Source of the DNA: a virus
Lineage: Duplodnaviria > Caudoviricetes
Reading direction: 5' to 3' (one strand)
Length of the DNA: 59,719 bases
IMG/VR virus record: IMGVR_UViG_3300038393_002467
Coordinates: 1-59,719 of that record
Positions 54,309 through 59,719 of the stretch are shown here, piece by piece. The translations under genes were made by a program, and so were the position numbers. Numbering within the stretch: position 1 is the stretch's first letter; each line of letters begins with the position of its first letter. The notes under the pieces were generated by a model. It saw nothing but the letters and a program-made list of their open reading frames with translations, was not told where the DNA came from and ran no database searches.

Positions 54309-54577
54309 TACGCCTTCTCCTGTCCGGACTTGGTCGCCATCAGGTAGATGTCGGCCTTCGTCCCGTTGGTGTTGCGGCTCACCGCGCTGTAGGCCCACTC
54401 GTCGGTGGGGCGCATGGCGCTCATGTCCCCCCGACGGATGGCGGCGGCGAGCCCCCGGTTGACCTGCTTCAGGGCGGGCACGAGGACCCACTCGTCAGGC
54501 TTCTGGTGCAGGCGACGCTTGATCGCCTCCCAGTCATATCGGCCCACTACAGGTGGGCCGCCGATGTGCTTGGGCAT
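54308..54577 (-). CDS. Hypothetical protein
   Basis: GRYDWEAI...KPDEWVLV; GGAG RBS. Confidence 0.65.
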   Translation of the reverse strand: MPKHIGGPPVVGRYDWEAIKRRLHQKPDEWVLVPALKQVNRGLAAAIRRGDMSAMRPTDEWAYSAVSRNTNGTKADIYLMATKSGQEKA

Positions 54578-54668
54578 CGGTCTCCTCTCGCCTTCCGGAG
54601 GTGCGCTGGATGTGCACCCAAGGCTCAGTCTATGTATTGGTTGGTGGACCGGTGCTGCGACTGTCCGG

Positions 54669-54932
54669 TCAGGTCGGTCTCCTCTCTCGCTCTCGGTGGT
54701 CGAGGAACGCCTGCACGTCCTCGGCGTGCTCCTCCCGGTAGGCGATGGCGTCGGCCACGGCGGCCTCGTACGCCTCGTCGGAGCCGGTCGGCAGCCCGCG
54801 GATGATGGCCCAGTGGTGGGCCCGGATGTAGACCCGGTGCCGGTCGATGTCGAGGGTGTCCGAGGCGGACTCGCTGACCACCCACGCCACCCCGGCCCGG
54901 CGCAGGTTGTCCGGCAGGTGGGTCAGGTTCAC
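54669..54932 (-). CDS. Hypothetical protein
   Basis: GTG start right after the upstream stop. Confidence 0.55.
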   Translation of the reverse strand: MNLTHLPDNLRRAGVAWVVSESASDTLDIDRHRVYIRAHHWAIIRGLPTGSDEAYEAAVADAIAYREEHAEDVQAFLDHRERERRPT

Positions 54933-54933
54933 G

Positions 54934-56328
54934 TCACTTCTCGCTTTCTTCCGAGAGCAGGTCGCGCAGGGCGCGCCGCTCCTCACGCAGCCGTTCGATC
55001 TCCGCCTCGGCGGTGCTGAGGCGCTCGGTCAGGTCGGTGATCTCGGCGCGCATCTGCGGGATGGCGTGCCCCTCGATGATCGTCACGGCCAGTGCGACCC
55101 GCTCTGAGTGCGGCAGCGACAGGACGTCGTGGCTCACCTTGACGGCGGTGTCCTCCGGCACGCCGCTGGCGGTCAGCCGGGCGTACAGGGTCAGGCCGTG
55201 CCGCTCCGCGGTCACCTCGCCGCCGGTGTGCACGACGCCCGGGTCGGGCTCCGGCCGGTGCTCGCCGCGCCGGTACGTCACGGTGTCGGTGACCCGGGTG
55301 TTCGGTTTGCCGTTGGCGGTGCCGTGGATCTTGGCGTGACTGGACACCGAGCGGACCCGGTTGCTCATGAACCCGCAGTACCGGCAGCCGTAGGCGATGA
55401 GGTTGTTGTCGAAGATCACCTCGTCCACCATCTCCGACTCGTACGCCTGACCGGTGCGGTTTGCGATGTACGCCCGCCGGGTCCGCACCGACAACTTGCC
55501 AAGGTGCAGCATCTCCTCGATGGTCTGCGGCCCGACATTGAGGACCACCTGTACCCCCTCCTGCTGGGCCTGCTCGGCCTGCTCGGTGATCCGCTCCTGC
55601 CCGAGGGAGATGACGTCGGACCGGTACACCAGCCGCAGCGGCCTGCCCCCGCCGGGCCGCGGTTGCTTGTCGGCGCGCAGCCTGCCGATCTTGATGTAGC
55701 GGTAGATGGATTTGCGGTCGACGTCGAGGTACTCGGCCGCCTCGTCGGCGGTCATCGTGGCGAGCGGCTCGGGTGCCGGGTCCGGCGTCATCTCGGGCTC
55801 CGACTCGGCTTTGACCTCCGGCTCCGGCTCCGGTGTGGGTTCCGGTGCGGGCTCCCGCTGCGGCTCGGGTTCTGTGCGCTCGGCGAGGACGGCGTCGGCC
55901 TCCCGCAGCGCGTCGGCAAGTCGCTGCCCGGCTTCGGCGAGCCGGGCCTCCGCCTCGTCGCGCAGCCACTGACTGAACGACGCGCCGAGATTGCGCTGCA
56001 GCAGCACCCGCATCCGGACCATGTCCGGGTCCATGTGGGTGACGTCGGTGGTGCCCTCCAGCAGGCTGCGCACCTCGTCGACCCCGACGTAGCGCAGCAC
56101 CTTCTTCAGCGTCGACTTGGCGCGGTTGCTGTTGAGGTTCGTTGTCGGCACGTTGACCGACACCTCGGTGTGCGGCGGCGGCGCGGTGAGCATGATGACG
56201 TTGCGGGCGGCGTTGTGCCAGCGACCTTTCCAGCCGAGGGCAATGGCGGTGGCGACGACCTCTTTGCCACCGGAGGAGAACGCCTTGAGGTCCTTCTCCT
56301 CGAAGTACGGTCCGTTGATGCGCGGCAT
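54934..56328 (-). CDS. Multidomain DNA-binding protein (HicA-like N-terminus, Xis/MerR-type HTH, C2H2 finger, coiled coil)
   Basis: MTADEAAEYLDVDRKSIYRYIKIGRL HTH; YGCRYCGF...SHAKIH; C-terminal heptads. Confidence 0.75.
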   Translation of the reverse strand: MPRINGPYFEEKDLKAFSSGGKEVVATAIALGWKGRWHNAARNVIMLTAPPPHTEVSVNVPTTNLNSNRAKSTLKKVLRYVGVDEVRSLLEGTTDVTHMDPDMVRMRVLLQRNLGASFSQWLRDEAEARLAEAGQRLADALREADAVLAERTEPEPQREPAPEPTPEPEPEVKAESEPEMTPDPAPEPLATMTADEAAEYLDVDRKSIYRYIKIGRLRADKQPRPGGGRPLRLVYRSDVISLGQERITEQAEQAQQEGVQVVLNVGPQTIEEMLHLGKLSVRTRRAYIANRTGQAYESEMVDEVIFDNNLIAYGCRYCGFMSNRVRSVSSHAKIHGTANGKPNTRVTDTVTYRRGEHRPEPDPGVVHTGGEVTAERHGLTLYARLTASGVPEDTAVKVSHDVLSLPHSERVALAVTIIEGHAIPQMRAEITDLTERLSTAEAEIERLREERRALRDLLSEESEK

Positions 56329-56360
56329 GGATCAGACTCCTGTCATGGGTGTAGGGGGCC

Positions 56361-56379
56361 GTGTCACAGGGTGTGACAC
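56361..56379. repeat. 19-bp palindrome copy in hairpin 56354-56386
   Basis: GGGGGCC-GTGTCACAGGGTGTGACAC-GGCCCCC. Confidence 0.9.
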
Positions 56380-56398
56380 GGCCCCCCTCGGTGATGTG

Positions 56399-57520
56399 TC
56401 AGGCCGACAGCATCGGGTTGACGGCGGGCTCCTCGATGCGGGCGGCGGTGCAGCGGACGTTGCTGTAGGAGAAGTGGTCCCAGACCCCCCGGTCGAGCAA
56501 GTCCTCGGCGGTGATGCGGCCGGTCGCCTCCACCTCCATCGTCATGATGACTCGCCGCTTCCCCTGCCGGGGCGCGAGCCCCATGCTGTCGAGGATCGGG
56601 TCGAACTCCGTGCACCACGAGCGGTGCGTGCCCTCGGCCACCATCCGCCGGTGCATGGCGTCACGGATGCGGTCCATCTGCCACTGCAGCCGGTCGGCCC
56701 GGTCCTCCGGGCTCTCCGTCGCCGGGTTGATGATCGGCACGCTGATCCCGAGGTGGTTCAGCGCGATGGTCGTCGAGGCGATCTCGTCCCCGCTGACGAC
56801 GGCGTGGATGTTGGAGTAGCGGGCGATCTTGCCCCGCTTGCCCGACAGCCGGGAGTTGTTGACCGTCGGCAGCACGATGACGTTCTCGTGCTTGGTGCCG
56901 TAGACGACGGCGATGATGGCCTCGACGCGGTGGTGGTCGTAGGGGTTGCCGTCGACGAGCACCTTGCCCTTGGCGTCGAAGCCGTCGAAGTGGCCGAACT
57001 TGTCCCCGTTGACGAGGACGAACGCGCCGACGGTGGGCACGATGGCCCGCACCTCCAGCCACCGCTCGGCTGCCGCCTTTCGCGCGGCCAGCGGCTCGGT
57101 CACCTGCTTGATGACCTCCTCCGGCCAGTCGGCGTAGAGCCCCCGGGCGTAGTCGGACGGGGTGTTCCGGGCGTTCGCGTACCCGAGGTGGAGCCGGTCC
57201 CGGCTCACGCAGTACGTGCACATCGAGAACGTCGCCTCCAGCGGGGCCCCGCTCTCGTCCTCGATGATGACCCGGTCGTGGACGTACCGCTGCTCGATGA
57301 AGTCGGTCAGCGAGACGTCCTCGTCGGGCGTCCACCACGTGGAGTAGGCGCATGCGGCGCACGTCCCCTTGAAGAGCAGGTCGAGGGTCCTGCCCATGTA
57401 CGTGATCCGCTGCCAGCGGCGCTCGACGCGCGGCAGGGCGCTGCCGATGCTGGCGAAGTTGTCGTAGTGCACCGGCTCGGCGGGGAACTGCAGGCCGTTG
57501 CGGTTGATGGTCTCGGTCAT
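56399..57520 (-). CDS. Hypothetical protein
   Basis: 373-aa ORF with CAAC/CTYC; bracketed by two palindrome hairpins. Confidence 0.7.
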   Translation of the reverse strand: MTETINRNGLQFPAEPVHYDNFASIGSALPRVERRWQRITYMGRTLDLLFKGTCAACAYSTWWTPDEDVSLTDFIEQRYVHDRVIIEDESGAPLEATFSMCTYCVSRDRLHLGYANARNTPSDYARGLYADWPEEVIKQVTEPLAARKAAAERWLEVRAIVPTVGAFVLVNGDKFGHFDGFDAKGKVLVDGNPYDHHRVEAIIAVVYGTKHENVIVLPTVNNSRLSGKRGKIARYSNIHAVVSGDEIASTTIALNHLGISVPIINPATESPEDRADRLQWQMDRIRDAMHRRMVAEGTHRSWCTEFDPILDSMGLAPRQGKRRVIMTMEVEATGRITAEDLLDRGVWDHFSYSNVRCTAARIEEPAVNPMLSA

Positions 57521-57586
57521 GGTGGTGGTGCCTTCCTGTGATTTCGGTGGGATTGCAGAGTGGCGCGGATGCGCCGGGGAGGGCGG

Positions 57587-57605
57587 GTGTCACAGGGTGT
57601 GACAC
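57587..57605. repeat. 19-bp palindrome copy in hairpin 57582-57610
   Basis: GGCGG-GTGTCACAGGGTGTGACAC-CCGCC. Confidence 0.9.
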
Positions 57606-57627
57606 CCGCCCATGGTGTGCCGGTCGG

Positions 57628-58125
57628 TCAGCCGCGGTAGCCCTTGGACTTGGCGAAGTCGACGAGCGACTCGACCTTGGCGGCGAGACGACGCAGCAGC
57701 GTCGAGTCGTCCTCGACCTCCGGCTCCGGCTCGGGCTCGGGCTCCGGCTCGACGAGCCCGGCGTCGGACAGGATGCCGCGGACCGTCGTCTCGTCGGTGT
57801 ACGCCGACGCCGCCGCGACGATGGCCGTGACCTGCGCGTCGGTCAGGTACGGCACCGCCTCCGGGGTGTCGGACGGGCGGTCCTGCGCCTCGGCCGGGGC
57901 GTCGGGGTTCGCGGACGAGGCCGCGGCGACCTTGGCGGCGACCGCGGCGAGGACCGCGCCGTCGAGGTAGCCGGAGCCGACCAACTGGATGACGACCGCC
58001 GGGTCCTCGCCGGCGTCGATGCGGCTGGCCGCACCCTCGATGCGGGTGCGGTAGCCGTCGAGGCTGTAGCGGCTGTAGCCCTGCTCGACGAGGGCGTCGG
58101 TGATGACCTGCGTGGTGTTCGACAT
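57628..58125 (-). CDS. Hypothetical Ala-rich protein
   Basis: MSNTTQVITDAL..., AAGGGA RBS, EPEPEP linker. Confidence 0.7.
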   Translation of the reverse strand: MSNTTQVITDALVEQGYSRYSLDGYRTRIEGAASRIDAGEDPAVVIQLVGSGYLDGAVLAAVAAKVAAASSANPDAPAEAQDRPSDTPEAVPYLTDAQVTAIVAAASAYTDETTVRGILSDAGLVEPEPEPEPEPEVEDDSTLLRRLAAKVESLVDFAKSKGYRG

Positions 58126-58278
58126 GTGGTTGTTCCCTTCGGTGGGTTTCCTTGTGCCGCAACGGGATTCGCTGCGGGTCGCGCTATCGGTGGCGCGGCC
58201 ATGGCGTCGGGCAGGGGGAGGCACGACCCCTTGGGTGCCCGACGCCATGACCTCTCCCACCGAGGGCAAGAGAAGTGC

Positions 58279-58297
58279 GTGTCACACGGTGTGACAC
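58279..58297. repeat. 19-bp palindrome copy (perfect)
   Basis: GTGTCACACGGTGTGACAC. Confidence 0.95.
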
Positions 58298-58304
58298 GGG
58301 TCGG

Positions 58305-58664
58305 TCAGAGCAGCAGTGCTGCCCTGCGGCTGCGGACGACCTCGGTCCACAGCGCGTTGAGGACCTCGAACTGGCCCAGCCCGGGCATGTTCGAGTCCAT
58401 CGAACAGGTGAAGCCGAGGTCGCCGAACATCGGCCCGTCGCAGTGGTCGAGCAGTGCCTGCGCGAAGCCGGTCGTCACCTGCTCGCTTGTCACCGGGACG
58501 ACCTGACCGAGCACGCACCGGTCCGGCGTCTCCATTCGGATGCGGCCGGTGACCCGGTCCACCCAGCCCGGGTAGTGCTGGTCGAGCCACGCCTCACCGG
58601 CGCGGACCGCCTCGACGAGGACCGGGTCGGTCAGCGGCGGGAACGCCCGCTTGCGCAGGTTCAT
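58305..58664 (-). CDS. Hypothetical protein (WLDxHYPGW family), paralog 1
   Basis: AGEAWLDQHYPGW...CVLGQ. Confidence 0.7.
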   Translation of the reverse strand: MNLRKRAFPPLTDPVLVEAVRAGEAWLDQHYPGWVDRVTGRIRMETPDRCVLGQVVPVTSEQVTTGFAQALLDHCDGPMFGDLGFTCSMDSNMPGLGQFEVLNALWTEVVRSRRAALLL

Positions 58665-59011
58665 CCCGCCTCCCGACGTTCGGTGATGAGCCGCTTCCAC
58701 GCCTCGTTGAGCGGCTCGTAGTCGTACGCGGCGTTGAAGCCGAGCAGCCGGGTCCGTGCGACGAGCCCCTCCTCGGTCTGGATCTCAGCCTTGAGCCAGT
58801 CCGCGTGCGGCGACTCCGGCCCACGCAGCCAGTCCCATGCGAAGTGGCCGTCGCGCTCGGCCTTCGGGACGGCGTAGGCCAGCACGTCCCGGTCGGCGCT
58901 CGCCATGTTGAGCACGTCGAGGTTGACCTCGTCGTCCCAGCCCGGGTAGTGCTCGTCGAGCCAGCGTGCGCCGTCGTAGACCCGGTCCTGCAGGATCTCC
59001 TCCGGGGTCAT
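58661..59011 (-). CDS. Hypothetical protein (WLDxHYPGW family), paralog 2
   Basis: DGARWLDEHYPGW...LNM; AAGGAGG RBS. Confidence 0.7.
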   Translation of the reverse strand: MTPEEILQDRVYDGARWLDEHYPGWDDEVNLDVLNMASADRDVLAYAVPKAERDGHFAWDWLRGPESPHADWLKAEIQTEEGLVARTRLLGFNAAYDYEPLNEAWKRLITERREAG

Positions 59012-59071
59012 CGGTCCTCCTTCATCGGGTCGAGCCCGGTCTGTGCGACCGTGCGGTCGTAGATGGGTGTG

Positions 59072-59377
59072 TCACTCGGCGGCGACGGTGGCGGCTTCGG
59101 CTGCGACTGCTTTCGCGTCGCGTTCTGCCGCGTCGTGCTGCTGCGTCTGCGGGTCGGCAAGGTTCCTCACCTCCTCGGGCATGTGGTCCATCGGCAGGAT
59201 GCCCTCCATCCCGAAGGCGAGGGCGGCGAGGACGGCGTCCTCGTGCTCGGCGAACTGGCCGATGACGGTGAAGCACATCGTCTGGCCGTTCTTCCACGGA
59301 ACGGTGAGCAGCGCCTCCCCGGTCTCGTTGTCGGTGACGACGGCGTAGCCCTCACGCGACGTGATGCTGAAATCCAT
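59072..59377 (-). CDS. Hypothetical protein, first gene after the strong promoter
   Basis: MDFSITSREGYAVV..., AAAGG RBS. Confidence 0.65.
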   Translation of the reverse strand: MDFSITSREGYAVVTDNETGEALLTVPWKNGQTMCFTVIGQFAEHEDAVLAALAFGMEGILPMDHMPEEVRNLADPQTQQHDAAERDAKAVAAEAATVAAE

Positions 59378-59444
59378 GAACGTGCCTTTCATGAGGACGG
59401 CCGGTGAGCGGAAGGAGGACCGCTCACCGGCCGTGGTTCGGGAT

Positions 59445-59463
59445 GTGTCACACGGTGTGACAC
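59445..59463. repeat. 19-bp palindrome copy (perfect), downstream of the strong promoter
   Basis: GTGTCACACGGTGTGACAC. Confidence 0.95.
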
Positions 59464-59498
59464 ACCGGGAGGAGGGCATGGCTCAACCCCGGATAACC

Positions 59499-59528
59499 AT
59501 CCTACCACAGATGTGTACCGTTTGTCAA
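59499..59528 (-). promoter_or_regulatory. Strong SigA/HrdB-type promoter TTGACA-N18-TAGGAT with extended -10 TG
   Basis: Perfect -35; a second TTGACA at 59549-59554. Confidence 0.75.
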
Positions 59529-59558
59529 GCCTATGTGCAGCGGATGTGTGTCAAGTGT

Positions 59559-59594
59559 GGCGACCGGCCCCGCCCCTCCGCGGGGCCGGTCGCC
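59559..59594. terminator. 15-bp perfect hairpin upstream of the promoter
   Basis: GGCGACCGGCCCCGC-ccctcc-GCGGGGCCGGTCGCC, inside the 3' end of the junction-spanning ORF. Confidence 0.45.
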
Positions 59595-59719
59595 CGCCGA
59601 AGTCCGGGAAGACCTCGGCCGCACCAGCAGCGAGCATCTCGCTCACCTGCTGGTCAGTCATCGAGCGGAAGCCCCACGTTGCGACCACCCATTGGGCGAA
59701 CCCGTAGCCGCGGCGGATC
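59593..59719 (+). repeat. Terminal 127-bp overlap (copy 2)
   Basis: Identical to 1-127. Confidence 0.9.

Larger units (their letters stand above)
1..59719. mobile_element. Complete tailed actinobacteriophage genome (siphovirus-like), circular assembly
   Basis: TerL, portal, capsid, major tail and tape measure genes in canonical order; replication and recombination genes on the opposite strand; very high GC; terminal overlap; no host housekeeping genes. Confidence 0.95.

Noticed and set aside
56080-56328. Functional HicAB toxin-antitoxin pair
   Set aside because: The HicA-like segment lacks the usual catalytic GxH context, is fused to a large regulator, and has no adjacent HicB
605-59463. 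Palindromic repeats as a CRISPR array with the Cas4-like gene
   Set aside because: Copies are dispersed and irregularly spaced with no constant-length spacers; no cas1/cas2; solo Cas4-like nucleases next to annealases are ordinary phage recombination genes
59593-59719. Biological direct terminal repeat
   Set aside because: Exactly 127 bp (a common assembler k-mer) and it falls inside an ORF; more likely assembly overlap

Overview
The window is an apparently complete, circularly assembled genome of a high-GC tailed actinobacteriophage, probably a siphovirus. Bases 59593-59719 repeat bases 1-127, giving about 59.6 kb of unique sequence, and an ORF reads through the junction. A rightward arm (about 4.95-40.8 kb) carries small genes, TerS, a putative capsid pentamer, membrane/holin-like genes, TerL, portal, a MuF + 2H-phosphoesterase + protease polyprotein, an SGNH hydrolase, a mycobacteriophage-cluster-B-like major capsid protein, tail genes, an amidase, a collagen fibre and a papain-like peptidase. 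A leftward arm (4.1 kb through the junction down to 40.9 kb) carries many small hypothetical genes, SSB, a Rep initiator with an internal iteron origin, a primase-helicase, SLOG and DUF4406-like proteins, an HNH nuclease, a Sak/Rad52-like annealase and a Cas4-like exonuclease. I saw no integrase, CI-type repressor, ParA, DNA polymerase, tRNA or CRISPR array. The most striking unexplained signal is a 19-bp palindrome, GTGTCACA-N3-TGTGACAC. I found it 22 times (11 perfect GTGTCACAC[C/G]GTGTGACAC), at promoters, gene boundaries and inside genes in both arms, sometimes extended into longer hairpins by unrelated but complementary flanks. A second layer is a start-associated GAGAGGCAC motif that also appears in the loops of non-coding hairpins. 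All functional calls come from motif recognition by eye; no database search was run.
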